Shown: one piece after another, positions 15,400 to 29,293 of the stretch
Layout: each line of letters begins with the position of its first letter
Position numbering within the stretch: position 1 is the stretch's first letter
Source: the human T2T-CHM13v2.0 reference genome, Homo sapiens
DNA length: 64,000 bases
Direction: 5' to 3' (one strand)
Assembly: GCF_009914755.1 (NCBI RefSeq)
Contig: NC_060947.1
Translations under genes and position numbers: made by a program
The notes under the pieces: generated by a model
The model's input: only the letters and a program-made list of their open reading frames with translations
What the model was told of the DNA's origin: nothing
Databases searched by the model: none

Positions 15400-16611
15400 C
15401 CTCATATGTAGGTAGCATGCACCAGGGTGCGCCTCTGGCGGTGCCTAGGGAGAACGCGAGAAGAAAAGAATGCAGGAAGATCTGGACTGCGTCTTTAGGG
15501 TTGGCACTGGGACTGTGAGTGTCAGAGGTCCTCGGTTTTAACTTTTAACTCCCATCACATCTCAACTGTTTCCTGTCTTCATCTGTGCTTCCACAGGTCC
15601 TGAGGCAGGCCCGTACACGTATCCCCACCCATACTCACAAGCGTCTGCCCAGACACCTTCATTCACAGCCGGGGCCGGTCATCTAGGCAACTCTCAGGGG
15701 GGCAGGTTTTCAGCTTTCGGGTTCCCTCTTGTTCACTTCACCTTCCTTGTCGCTTTCTGCCTGGCTTCCCAATATGTGCTGACGGAGTGTGCGGGATGGG
15801 GTTGAGGTGTGGGCAGCAGGGTGCAGAGCCGCCTACTGGCCCAACAGGCCTCTGGGCGGACGCGGTGCAGACCCGGGCCTAAGGGGCTGATGCTTTCTCC
15901 TAGCTGGTGGCTCTTTTTCTGTCAGGCCACTCACAGGGCTGCCAGCTGTCCAGCTGGGGCACTCTGCATTCCACTTCGCTCTCAACCTCATTGCTCACTC
16001 TGATTCTTTGTGTACTTTCGGAGTTTTCCTCCCCTCACTTTTTTCTTCTTCACTTTCTTTACTTTTCGTCCACTTCTGTTTGGGGAGGTGAGAAGCAGCC
16101 TGGAAGGCAGGGTCGACTGGGCGCGGGGATACCGTTAGGGAAAACAGGCTTACTTTTCCTAAGGAAATTAGGAGGACTCTAGCTGACCCCTGTGAGGAGA
16201 AATTGGCATTTCCCTCCCCTTTCTGCCCTGTCTCCATATTGCCGTGGGTGGCCGATTACCTCTTTTCCCTGGTGTCTGATTCCTCCCCGTTTATTACCTT
16301 CCTCTTTTTGGGGGGGGGGCTCTTCCCTGCCTTGGCCTTGTAGACTTGGGGTTCGGTGACCCTTGCAGTCGGCTGATGGCATCCTCAGGGCAAGGTTCAG
16401 CCTGCACCTGTGTCCTCTGTAGCTTCTGTAGGCCGATTTGTGGATCAAAGTTTCGGTCCCACTCAGGAAAGATCCCATCGACAAGAAGCTTCCTGGTTGT
16501 TCGTCCTTTAAGCGGGACGTGACTGGTGGCTCCTTGTCCCTCGTTGTGCATGTCACCATGCATTGAGGTCTTCCTGAACTAGATCCTCCAGGACAGCTAC
16601 AGTGGCATGGA

Positions 16612-16985
16612 CCTCCCTCTTTCTTGTTCTTCTGATTCTTCTTCCTCTTCCTCCTTCTTCTTCTTCTTCTCTACTTTTATTCTTCCCTTTCTCCTCTATT
16701 TTACCTCTTGCTCCTCCTCCTCCAACTTCCTCTCCTCCTCCTCATGCTCCTCCTTTTTGTCCTCCTCCTCCTCCTCCTTCTTCTCGTTCTCGTTCTCCTT
16801 TTCCTTCTTCTTTTTCTTCTCATTTTTCTTCTTCTTCTTAATCTTTTTCTGCCTCCTCCTCCTCCTCCTCCTCCTCCTCCTCCTCCTCCTCCGCCTCCTC
16901 CTCCTCCTCCTCCTCCTCCTCCTCCTCCTTTTCCTCTTCTTCTTTTTCTGCTTTTGCTTCTGCTTTTTCTTCCCTTTTTCCCTTC
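16612..16985 (+). repeat. Polypyrimidine (CT-rich) tract including (CCT)n-CCG-(CCT)n microsatellite
   Basis: Also 22020-22387 and 27423-27790, with counterparts in the diverged monomers that retain this region; H1 has two more CCT units than H2/H3. Confidence 0.95.
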
Positions 16986-17475
16986 ACACTCAGATCTGTT
17001 CGGGCAAGTGTTCTAGGAGACTGCTGCTGCTTTTGCTTTTTGGTGATTCGACATGTCCCTCTGCAGCACTAGGCCTGGAGGAAGCGTCACTTTTGTTCTC
17101 AAAGGAGCACTGATGAAGGTCACCAGTTTATTCCCTCTGGTCCACCAAAAAGCTGCCCACGTGTTACTTTTAAGTGAAATGTCGTGGTGAACCCACCGTT
17201 TACCCAGTACCTCATGTCTCACCGTTATTCCCCATTGTCCTTGTGGATGCTCTAAGTGTGCCTTTCTGAGCCATTAGGAGCTTTGGCAAGTTGTCCCCTG
17301 TCTCCTTTTTCTCCAGTCAAGCCATGTGAACACATCGATCCAGATGTGTGCAGGCAGGGTGTCTCTGCCACGTGTTCATTTGCCCACTGTCACTCACACA
17401 GGCAGGCACCCACAGACCGCAGACTCAGGTACACAGGCACGCAATCATATGGGATCCGGCAACCCAAACTGAAAT

Positions 17476-17583
17476 ACACGCGCACACACAGACACATGCA
17501 CACGCAGACACAAACGCACACGTTAAACACGCCCAAGTAGACACACGCATACATACACAAACACACGCACGTGCGCACACACG
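17476..17583 (+). repeat. Degenerate (CA)n-rich tract of the monomer
   Basis: ACACGCGCACACACAGACACATGCACACG...; counterpart in most monomers. Confidence 0.85.
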
Positions 17584-18488
17584 TCAGCTCACACTAGCAA
17601 AGGGGTGTGAGCTCAAGCATTATCGGACACAGACTCCTACACACCGCCACTGGCTCGAAAGCGCCCACAACCTCTTCCACGCTGGCTCTAAATGTGCAAA
17701 GCAGAACGGGAGACAGGCGAGCATTCCTGGCTCCAGTCCTGGGTCATCATGCCATTTATTGGGCAACTAGGGTCTTCTCCTGAGAATGAATGCGGGATGT
17801 GTGTCATCAGATAGGCCCAAGCAGCAGGTATGAAACTGGATCATCCTGGGTTATGCTGCTTAAAAAGGGACCCCACTTTGGAGGAGGGGCAGAGACAGTC
17901 CCCCTGGAGTCTTGGCTCTGTGTGATGCTATGAGTATCTGTGGCGCGGGGTGGCCTTCCCAGGCCTCCCTGAGCCGCCCCCCTCCCACCCTCTCCTGTGT
18001 GAAAGCCGAGACAGCCTGAGCAGAGTCAGACTTGAGTGTGTTGCTGAGTGTCTCCTGTGAGGGAGACTCCTGCCTCAGCCCTGTGGCTGCCTGTTGAGCC
18101 TTCGGCCCCGTTCTGGTGACCTCCGTGTGCCATGCCAAGGTGGTAAACACTACCTGCAGCTCCAGGCCTTGGGAGGACCCCCGGTCCTGGGGCAAATCCT
18201 TGTGTAAGCCAGCTGGGTGGCCAGCGCCTTGTCCTGGGGCGGCAGCCCTATGATCCCAGTCCTCCTGTGGTTTCCCAGAGGCGGTGATTATGTGTCCTTT
18301 GTCTTTTACTTCCTGCACCAGCGGGAGCCAAAATCCCTGAAGAGGGCCAAAGGAAAGGCAGAGGTTGGCTGCCTCCACCGCATTCCCGCAGGTTCTCCAG
18401 CCGGCTGGTCGTTGGTCCTAGGGTCCCCTGAGTTTGGCGGTCAACCTGGGACCAGGTGGCTGGTTCCTTTCCCTTCTCCGTGTCTTTC

Positions 18489-21400
18489 TTTTATTATTAT
18501 GTTTTCTCCTTCCTCTTTGCTTTTTTCACACGAGAAAGGGCGGAGGCCCTCGGATTGGAGGGGCAGGGTTGTGGTTGTACTTGGCATTTGTGGTGCCATA
18601 CTGCCATCAAGCGGAAACCGTTTCTGGAAACCGGAGGCTGTAGGGCACAAGTACTGGGGAAAGGCCAGGAGCCCAAAAGGGAGGGTGGTGTGGGACCCCA
18701 GACTGAAGCGAGACGAGAGAGGAACTCCTCGCTGGCCCTTGGCCTGGGCTCATTCCCAGGATGGCGCCCTGGCTCCGCAGCTGTATGTAAGAACGGGCAG
18801 GCGGGGCGGCCCGCCATGGCTTCCCCTGGCAGTCTCCAGGAACTGCCAGGCATGGGTCGCCCCACACTCAGCACTCCGAAACTTTTTTATTTCCCGGCAA
18901 GATAGAGGCTTTCTGGCCCCACTGTGGCCCCAGCCAAGGGCATCGCGGAGCTGCCCACAAAAGCGACCAGAGTAAACGGCCCCGTTCTCTGGCTGTCAGT
19001 GGCCAGTGGCTTCCCTTATGCGTATCTCAAAATGGCTGCCGGGGCAGCTGCACCCTGTGGGCTGACTGGTCTTCGGGATGCCTGGCTGATCTGTCTCGGG
19101 GCCTCTAGAGTAGCTGCTTCTCCAAGGGGTCCCAATGGCAGGTCCGCTTTGTTCTAGGGCTCTACGCCCGGGTCGGGGAAACCCTGGCTTAGGCAGAGTC
19201 CACCCCGCCCCGCCCATCCTCACTCTTCTCGGTGCCTGGCAGAAGGCAAGTGTCCCTGTCCCTGCAGCCTGTTGTCATGTCCAGAATCACCTTCCGCTGG
19301 ATGGCACTGTGGCTCCGCCAATGGCGGTCACGTCTTTTCCTTCCCCCACCTTGCCTTTATCTTTCTCCATCTGCTGCCGACAGAATAAAACAAACGCCAA
19401 AAACAAAAAAAGCCAAGAAACAACGAAAGATACCGGCCAAGGAGCACCCACCTCACCTACAGCAGGGCTCTCCACCTAGGTGGTCACTTTGGGGAAGCCT
19501 GCAACGGTAGGAGGGTTCTCTGCCTCCCTCCTTCCCTCTGGATTCTTCTCCGGGCAGGGTTCCCAGTGAACCAGAGAACGTCAAGAAATTCCACCCTTAG
19601 GGCTGTGGCTCGGTGGGGGTAGGTCGCACTGGGGGCAGTGTGAGGGGGTACAGGGGGAGGGATATGTGGGTGTGTGGGTCTGCATGCGGGCCGCTGCAGA
19701 TTCCTCTAGGAATCTGCGCAGGCCGCCTGAGCAAGAGACCAGGCTGCATGCCTGTGCGCACCACACTTGTCCCTAGGTAGCACTCTTCCTCTTGGGGAAG
19801 GGATCAAAGTTGGATGGAAAGCAGCCAGGTCCAGCAGGCATCCGCACCTTGTTGAGCCATGGAGCTGCAGGGAGTCGGGCCGGATGTTTCTTGGGATGAT
19901 GGGACTGGACGGGACGGACTCCTGTCTGAGGCCTTCAGCTCCCTCCCTCTCTGGAGCCCAGGCACTCGTCTGTGCACAGTGGTGGGAGGAGCATGCCGGG
20001 TGGGTTTCACAGGTGGCTCTCCTGGAGAGAGAGCCTCTTGGCATGTCTGACGGAGCACGCGTGCTCAGTGGAACGTGGTGGTTCACCACTTAGTTGCCAG
20101 GCATCTTGGTCCTTGTACCCAAGTGCATGGGTAGCCAGGGCCCAGCCTGCCCCACTTCGCCTGGACCCCGTCTGATTTCCTGTGCTGCGTGTGGAGGTGG
20201 AGGTTGAGCCTTGAGTATTTTGGGGGAGAAGGGGCTCGGGCGGGGGGCTGTGTTTTGGTTTGGTAGAGGGCTCACTGGGCTCTCGAGCTAAACCCTGGTG
20301 CTTGCCGGATATTCAGCCCAGAAAATGCATGAGACCGTCAAGGACAAATTATGCCGCCCATAATTAGGGTCTCCAGGCAGACATAAGAAAGCCTGATGCG
20401 GGACATCATACAGTGCCCATGTTGGGATGCGAAGCCGCGACCGCCTTGCTCTAAAGGTTGCATAGGCTACTCATGCCGCTGGGTGCCTGGACAGCAGCAT
20501 GGAACACAACGCTCCCCGAATATTGCAAATGTTTTCTGTCTTGGCTTGTTACAAATCTTCCTGGATGTGTAGGCCACCCTGGGGACGAGCAGCCCTTCTT
20601 AGGGCAGAAAATTCACCCCACGGGTGATGATTCCCACGCTGGGGGTGTGTGAACCACTCTCACAAGGAGGAATGTCAATCTCGTGAGCGGGCCTGCACTC
20701 TCACGGCATTCCGGGCAGAAGAACCACATGACCATGGAACAGGAGTCACCCCCTTTCTGTCACTTGTCAACAAATGCGGATTTTTTTTTTTTTTTTTTTT
20801 TTTTTTTCCTCATATGTAGGTAGCATGCACCAGGGTGCGCCTCTGGCGGTGCCTAGGGAGAACGCGAGAAGAAAAGAATGCAGGAAGATCTGGACTGCGT
20901 CTTTAGGGTTGGCACTGGGACTGTGAGTGTCAGAGGTCCTCGGTTTTAACTTTTAACTCCCATCACATCTCAACTGTTTCCTGTCTTCATCTGTGCTTCC
21001 ACAGGTCCTGAGGCAGGCCCGTACACGTATCCCCACCCATACTCACAAGCGTCTGCCCAGACACCTTCATTCACAGCCGGGGCCGGTCATCTAGGCAACT
21101 CTCAGGGGGGCAGGTTTTCAGCTTTCGGGTTCCCTCTTGTTCACTTCACCTTCCTTGTCGCTTTCTGCCTGGCTTCCCAATATGTGCTGACGGAGTGTGC
21201 GGGATGGGGTTGAGGTGTGGGCAGCAGGGTGCAGAGCCGCCTACTGGCCCAACAGGCCTCTGGGCGGACGCGGTGCAGACCCGGGCCTAAGGGGCTGATG
21301 CTTTCTCCTAGCTGGTGGCTCTTTTTCTGTCAGGCCACTCACAGGGCTGCCAGCTGTCCAGCTGGGGCACTCTGCATTCCACTTCGCTCTCAACCTCATT

Positions 21401-23890
21401 GCTCACTCTGATTCTTTGTGTACTTTCGGAGTTTTCCTCCCCTCACTTTTTTCTTCTTCACTTTCTTTACTTTTCGTCCACTTCTGTTTGGGGAGGTGAG
21501 AAGCAGCCTGGAAGGCAGGGTCGACTGGGCGCGGGGATACCGTTAGGGAAAACAGGCTTACTTTTCCTAAGGAAATTAGGAGGACTCTAGCTGACCCCTG
21601 TGAGGAGAAATTGGCATTTCCCTCCCCTTTCTGCCCTGTCTCCATATTGCCGTGGGTGGCCGATTACCTCTTTTCCCTGGTGTCTGATTCCTCCCCGTTT
21701 ATTACCTTCCTCTTTTTGGGGGGGGGGCTCTTCCCTGCCTTGGCCTTGTAGACTTGGGGTTCGGTGACCCTTGCAGTCGGCTGATGGCATCCTCAGGGCA
21801 AGGTTCAGCCTGCACCTGTGTCCTCTGTAGCTTCTGTAGGCCGATTTGTGGATCAAAGTTTCGGTCCCACTCAGGAAAGATCCCATCGACAAGAAGCTTC
21901 CTGGTTGTTCGTCCTTTAAGCGGGACGTGACTGGTGGCTCCTTGTCCCTCGTTGTGCATGTCACCATGCATTGAGGTCTTCCTGAACTAGATCCTCCAGG
22001 ACAGCTACAGTGGCATGGACCTCCCTCTTTCTTGTTCTTCTGATTCTTCTTCCTCTTCCTCCTTCTTCTTCTTCTTCTCTACTTTTATTCTTCCCTTTCT
22101 CCTCTATTTTACCTCTTGCTCCTCCTCCTCCAACTTCCTCTCCTCCTCCTCATGCTCCTCCTTTTTGTCCTCCTCCTCCTCCTCCTTCTTCTCGTTCTCG
22201 TTCTCCTTTTCCTTCTTCTTTTTCTTCTCATTTTTCTTCTTCTTCTTAATCTTTTTCTGCCTCCTCCTCCTCCTCCTCCTCCTCCTCCTCCTCCGCCTCC
22301 TCCTCCTCCTCCTCCTCCTCCTCCTCCTCCTTTTCCTCTTCTTCTTTTTCTGCTTTTGCTTCTGCTTTTTCTTCCCTTTTTCCCTTCACACTCAGATCTG
22401 TTCGGGCAAGTGTTCTAGGAGACTGCTGCTGCTTTTGCTTTTTGGTGATTCGACATGTCCCTCTGCAGCACTAGGCCTGGAGGAAGCGTCACTTTTGTTC
22501 TCAAAGGAGCACTGATGAAGGTCACCAGTTTATTCCCTCTGGTCCACCAAAAAGCTGCCCACGTGTTACTTTTAAGTGAAATGTCGTGGTGAACCCACCG
22601 TTTACCCAGTACCTCATGTCTCACCGTTATTCCCCATTGTCCTTGTGGATGCTCTAAGTGTGCCTTTCTGAGCCATTAGGAGCTTTGGCAAGTTGTCCCC
22701 TGTCTCCTTTTTCTCCAGTCAAGCCATGTGAACACATCGATCCAGATGTGTGCAGGCAGGGTGTCTCTGCCACGTGTTCATTTGCCCACTGTCACTCACA
22801 CAGGCAGGCACCCACAGACCGCAGACTCAGGTACACAGGCACGCAATCATATGGGATCCGGCAACCCAAACTGAAATACACGCGCACACACAGACACATG
22901 CACACGCAGACACAAACGCACACGTTAAACACGCCCAAGTAGACACACGCATACATACACAAACACACGCACGTGCGCACACACGTCAGCTCACACTAGC
23001 AAAGGGGTGTGAGCTCAAGCATTATCGGACACAGACTCCTACACACCGCCACTGGCTCGAAAGCGCCCACAACCTCTTCCACGCTGGCTCTAAATGTGCA
23101 AAGCAGAACGGGAGACAGGCGAGCATTCCTGGCTCCAGTCCTGGGTCATCATGCCATTTATTGGGCAACTAGGGTCTTCTCCTGAGAATGAATGCGGGAT
23201 GTGTGTCATCAGATAGGCCCAAGCAGCAGGTATGAAACTGGATCATCCTGGGTTATGCTGCTTAAAAAGGGACCCCACTTTGGAGGAGGGGCAGAGACAG
23301 TCCCCCTGGAGTCTTGGCTCTGTGTGATGCTATGAGTATCTGTGGCGCGGGGTGGCCTTCCCAGGCCTCCCTGAGCCGCCCCCCTCCCACCCTCTCCTGT
23401 GTGAAAGCCGAGACAGCCTGAGCAGAGTCAGACTTGAGTGTGTTGCTGAGTGTCTCCTGTGAGGGAGACTCCTGCCTCAGCCCTGTGGCTGCCTGTTGAG
23501 CCTTCGGCCCCGTTCTGGTGACCTCCGTGTGCCATGCCAAGGTGGTAAACACTACCTGCAGCTCCAGGCCTTGGGAGGACCCCCGGTCCTGGGGCAAATC
23601 CTTGTGTAAGCCAGCTGGGTGGCCAGCGCCTTGTCCTGGGGCGGCAGCCCTATGATCCCAGTCCTCCTGTGGTTTCCCAGAGGCGGTGATTATGTGTCCT
23701 TTGTCTTTTACTTCCTGCACCAGCGGGAGCCAAAATCCCTGAAGAGGGCCAAAGGAAAGGCAGAGGTTGGCTGCCTCCACCGCATTCCCGCAGGTTCTCC
23801 AGCCGGCTGGTCGTTGGTCCTAGGGTCCCCTGAGTTTGGCGGTCAACCTGGGACCAGGTGGCTGGTTCCTTTCCCTTCTCCGTGTCTTTC
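18489..23890 (+). repeat. Homogeneous core monomer H2 (5402 bp)
   Basis: Offset 5402 to the next copy. Confidence 0.98.
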
Positions 23891-26179
23891 TTTTATTATT
23901 ATGTTTTCTCCTTCCTCTTTGCTTTTTTCACACGAGAAAGGGCGGAGGCCCTCGGATTGGAGGGGCAGGGTTGTGGTTGTACTTGGCATTTGTGGTGCCA
24001 TACTGCCATCAAGCGGAAACCGTTTCTGGAAACCGGAGGCTGTAGGGCACAAGTACTGGGGAAAGGCCAGGAGCCCAAAAGGGAGGGTGGTGTGGGACCC
24101 CAGACTGAAGCGAGACGAGAGAGGAACTCCTCGCTGGCCCTTGGCCTGGGCTCATTCCCAGGATGGCGCCCTGGCTCCGCAGCTGTATGTAAGAACGGGC
24201 AGGCGGGGCGGCCCGCCATGGCTTCCCCTGGCAGTCTCCAGGAACTGCCAGGCATGGGTCGCCCCACACTCAGCACTCCGAAACTTTTTTATTTCCCGGC
24301 AAGATAGAGGCTTTCTGGCCCCACTGTGGCCCCAGCCAAGGGCATCGCGGAGCTGCCCACAAAAGCGACCAGAGTAAACGGCCCCGTTCTCTGGCTGTCA
24401 GTGGCCAGTGGCTTCCCTTATGCGTATCTCAAAATGGCTGCCGGGGCAGCTGCACCCTGTGGGCTGACTGGTCTTCGGGATGCCTGGCTGATCTGTCTCG
24501 GGGCCTCTAGAGTAGCTGCTTCTCCAAGGGGTCCCAATGGCAGGTCCGCTTTGTTCTAGGGCTCTACGCCCGGGTCGGGGAAACCCTGGCTTAGGCAGAG
24601 TCCACCCCGCCCCGCCCATCCTCACTCTTCTCGGTGCCTGGCAGAAGGCAAGTGTCCCTGTCCCTGCAGCCTGTTGTCATGTCCAGAATCACCTTCCGCT
24701 GGATGGCACTGTGGCTCCGCCAATGGCGGTCACGTCTTTTCCTTCCCCCACCTTGCCTTTATCTTTCTCCATCTGCTGCCGACAGAATAAAACAAACGCC
24801 AAAAACAAAAAAAGCCAAGAAACAACGAAAGATACCGGCCAAGGAGCACCCACCTCACCTACAGCAGGGCTCTCCACCTAGGTGGTCACTTTGGGGAAGC
24901 CTGCAACGGTAGGAGGGTTCTCTGCCTCCCTCCTTCCCTCTGGATTCTTCTCCGGGCAGGGTTCCCAGTGAACCAGAGAACGTCAAGAAATTCCACCCTT
25001 AGGGCTGTGGCTCGGTGGGGGTAGGTCGCACTGGGGGCAGTGTGAGGGGGTACAGGGGGAGGGATATGTGGGTGTGTGGGTCTGCATGCGGGCCGCTGCA
25101 GATTCCTCTAGGAATCTGCGCAGGCCGCCTGAGCAAGAGACCAGGCTGCATGCCTGTGCGCACCACACTTGTCCCTAGGTAGCACTCTTCCTCTTGGGGA
25201 AGGGATCAAAGTTGGATGGAAAGCAGCCAGGTCCAGCAGGCATCCGCACCTTGTTGAGCCATGGAGCTGCAGGGAGTCGGGCCGGATGTTTCTTGGGATG
25301 ATGGGACTGGACGGGACGGACTCCTGTCTGAGGCCTTCAGCTCCCTCCCTCTCTGGAGCCCAGGCACTCGTCTGTGCACAGTGGTGGGAGGAGCATGCCG
25401 GGTGGGTTTCACAGGTGGCTCTCCTGGAGAGAGAGCCTCTTGGCATGTCTGACGGAGCACGCGTGCTCAGTGGAACGTGGTGGTTCACCACTTAGTTGCC
25501 AGGCATCTTGGTCCTTGTACCCAAGTGCATGGGTAGCCAGGGCCCAGCCTGCCCCACTTCGCCTGGACCCCGTCTGATTTCCTGTGCTGCGTGTGGAGGT
25601 GGAGGTTGAGCCTTGAGTATTTTGGGGGAGAAGGGGCTCGGGCGGGGGGCTGTGTTTTGGTTTGGTAGAGGGCTCACTGGGCTCTCGAGCTAAACCCTGG
25701 TGCTTGCCGGATATTCAGCCCAGAAAATGCATGAGACCGTCAAGGACAAATTATGCCGCCCATAATTAGGGTCTCCAGGCAGACATAAGAAAGCCTGATG
25801 CGGGACATCATACAGTGCCCATGTTGGGATGCGAAGCCGCGACCGCCTTGCTCTAAAGGTTGCATAGGCTACTCATGCCGCTGGGTGCCTGGACAGCAGC
25901 ATGGAACACAACGCTCCCCGAATATTGCAAATGTTTTCTGTCTTGGCTTGTTACAAATCTTCCTGGATGTGTAGGCCACCCTGGGGACGAGCAGCCCTTC
26001 TTAGGGCAGAAAATTCACCCCACGGGTGATGATTCCCACGCTGGGGGTGTGTGAACCACTCTCACAAGGAGGAATGTCAATCTCGTGAGCGGGCCTGCAC
26101 TCTCACGGCATTCCGGGCAGAAGAACCACATGACCATGGAACAGGAGTCACCCCCTTTCTGTCACTTGTCAACAAATGC

Positions 26180-26210
<31 letters not shown>

Positions 26211-29200
26211 CCTCATATGTAGGTAGCATGCGCCAGGGTGCGCCTCTGGCGGTGCCTAGGGAGAACGCGAGAAGAAAAGAATGCAGGAAGATCTGGACTG
26301 CGTCTTTAGGGTTGGCACTGGGACTGTGAGTGTCAGAGGTCCTCGGTTTTAACTTTTAACTCCCATCACATCTCAACTGTTTCCTGTCTTCATCTGTGCT
26401 TCCACAGGTCCTGAGGCAGGCCCGTACACGTATCCCCACCCATACTCACAAGCGTCTGCCCAGACACCTTCATTCACAGCCGGGGCCGGTCATCTAGGCA
26501 ACTCTCAGGGGGGCAGGTTTTCAGCTTTCGGGTTCCCTCTTGTTCACTTCACCTTCCTTGTCGCTTTCTGCCTGGCTTCCCAATATGTGCTGACGGAGTG
26601 TGCGGGATGGGGTTGAGGTGTGGGCAGCAGGGTGCAGAGCCGCCTACTGGCCCAACAGGCCTCTGGGCGGACGCGGTGCAGACCCGGGCCTAAGGGGCTG
26701 ATGCTTTCTCCTAGCTGGTGGCTCTTTTTCTGTCAGGCCACTCACAGGGCTGCCAGCTGTCCAGCTGGGGCACTCTGCATTCCACTTCGCTCTCAACCTC
26801 ATTGCTCACTCTGATTCTTTGTGTACTTTCGGAGTTTTCCTCCCCTCACTTTTTTCTTCTTCACTTTCTTTACTTTTCGTCCACTTCTGTTTGGGGAGGT
26901 GAGAAGCAGCCTGGAAGGCAGGGTCGACTGGGCGCGGGGATACCGTTAGGGAAAACAGGCTTACTTTTCCTAAGGAAATTAGGAGGACTCTAGCTGACCC
27001 CTGTGAGGAGAAATTGGCATTTCCCTCCCCTTTCTGCCCTGTCTCCATATTGCCGTGGGTGGCCGATTACCTCTTTTCCCTGGTGTCTGATTCCTCCCCG
27101 TTTATTACCTTCCTCTTTTTGGGGGGGGGGCTCTTCCCTGCCTTGGCCTTGTAGACTTGGGGTTCGGTGACCCTTGCAGTCGGCTGATGGCATCCTCAGG
27201 GCAAGGTTCAGCCTGCACCTGTGTCCTCTGTAGCTTCTGTAGGCCGATTTGTGGATCAAAGTTTCGGTCCCACTCAGGAAAGATCCCATCGACAAGAAGC
27301 TTCCTGGTTGTTCGTCCTTTAAGCGGGACGTGACTGGTGGCTCCTTGTCCCTCGTTGTGCATGTCACCATGCATTGAGGTCTTCCTGAACTAGATCCTCC
27401 AGGACAGCTACAGTGGCATGGACCTCCCTCTTTCTTGTTCTTCTGATTCTTCTTCCTCTTCCTCCTTCTTCTTCTTCTTCTCTACTTTTATTCTTCCCTT
27501 TCTCCTCTATTTTACCTCTTGCTCCTCCTCCTCCAACTTCCTCTCCTCCTCCTCATGCTCCTCCTTTTTGTCCTCCTCCTCCTCCTCCTTCTTCTCGTTC
27601 TCGTTCTCCTTTTCCTTCTTCTTTTTCTTCTCATTTTTCTTCTTCTTCTTAATCTTTTTCTGCCTCCTCCTCCTCCTCCTCCTCCTCCTCCTCCTCCGCC
27701 TCCTCCTCCTCCTCCTCCTCCTCCTCCTCCTCCTTTTCCTCTTCTTCTTTTTCTGCTTTTGCTTCTGCTTTTTCTTCCCTTTTTCCCTTCACACTCAGAT
27801 CTGTTCGGGCAAGTGTTCTAGGAGACTGCTGCTGCTTTTGCTTTTTGGTGATTCGACATGTCCCTCTGCAGCACTAGGCCTGGAGGAAGCGTCACTTTTG
27901 TTCTCAAAGGAGCACTGATGAAGGTCACCAGTTTATTCCCTCTGGTCCACCAAAAAGCTGCCCACGTGTTACTTTTAAGTGAAATGTCGTGGTGAACCCA
28001 CCGTTTACCCAGTACCTCATGTCTCACCGTTATTCCCCATTGTCCTTGTGGATGCTCTAAGTGTGCCTTTCTGAGCCATTAGGAGCTTTGGCAAGTTGTC
28101 CCCTGTCTCCTTTTTCTCCAGTCAAGCCATGTGAACACATCGATCCAGATGTGTGCAGGCAGGGTGTCTCTGCCACGTGTTCATTTGCCCACTGTCACTC
28201 ACACAGGCAGGCACCCACAGACCGCAGACTCAGGTACACAGGCACGCAATCATATGGGATCCGGCAACCCAAACTGAAATACACGCGCACACACAGACAC
28301 ATGCACACGCAGACACAAACGCACACGTTAAACACGCCCAAGTAGACACACGCATACATACACAAACACACGCACGTGCGCACACACGTCAGCTCACACT
28401 AGCAAAGGGGTGTGAGCTCAAGCATTATCGGACACAGACTCCTACACACCGCCACTGGCTCGAAAGCGCCCACAACCTCTTCCACGCTGGCTCTAAATGT
28501 GCAAAGCAGAACGGGAGACAGGCGAGCATTCCTGGCTCCAGTCCTGGGTCATCATGCCATTTATTGGGCAACTAGGGTCTTCTCCTGAGAATGAATGCGG
28601 GATGTGTGTCATCAGATAGGCCCAAGCAGCAGGTATGAAACTGGATCATCCTGGGTTATGCTGCTTAAAAAGGGACCCCACTTTGGAGGAGGGGCAGAGA
28701 CAGTCCCCCTGGAGTCTTGGCTCTGTGTGATGCTATGAGTATCTGTGGCGCGGGGTGGCCTTCCCAGGCCTCCCTGAGCCGCCCCCCTCCCACCCTCTCC
28801 TGTGTGAAAGCCGAGACAGCCTGAGCAGAGTCAGACTTGAGTGTGTTGCTGAGTGTCTCCTGTGAGGGAGACTCCTGCCTCAGCCCTGTGGCTGCCTGTT
28901 GAGCCTTCGGCCCCGTTCTGGTGACCTCCGTGTGCCATGCCAAGGTGGTAAACACTACCTGCAGCTCCAGGCCTTGGGAGGACCCCCGGTCCTGGGGCAA
29001 ATCCTTGTGTAAGCCAGCTGGGTGGCCAGCGCCTTGTCCTGGGGCGGCAGCCCTATGATCCCAGTCCTCCTGTGGTTTCCCAGAGGCGGTGATTATGTGT
29101 CCTTTGTCTTTTACTTCCTGCACCAGCGGGAGCCAAAATCCCTGAAGAGGGCCAAAGGAAAGGCAGAGGTTGGCTGCCTCCACCGCATTCCCGCAGGTTC

Positions 29201-29293
29201 TCCAGCCGGCTGGTCGTTGGTCCTAGGGTCCCCTGAGTTTGGCGGTCAACCTGGGACCAGGTGGCTGGTTCCTTTCCCTTCTCCGTGTCTTTC
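23891..29293 (+). repeat. Homogeneous core monomer H3 (5403 bp)
   Basis: Offset 5403; differences seen from H2 are T28 versus T27 and A>G at 26232. Confidence 0.98.

Larger units (their letters stand above)
13081..18488 (+). repeat. Homogeneous core monomer H1 (5408 bp)
   Basis: ORF track repeats with offset 5408; sequence near-identical to H2/H3. Confidence 0.98.

Noticed and set aside
16602-17113. Poly-Pro/Leu/Ser ORFs
   Set aside because: Translations of the (CCT)n/CT-rich tract
18217-18975. 252-aa plus-strand ORF repeated in H1/H2, H2/H3 and H3/H4
   Set aside because: GTG start, no recognisable domain, broken in the diverged copies; recurrence only reflects DNA identity
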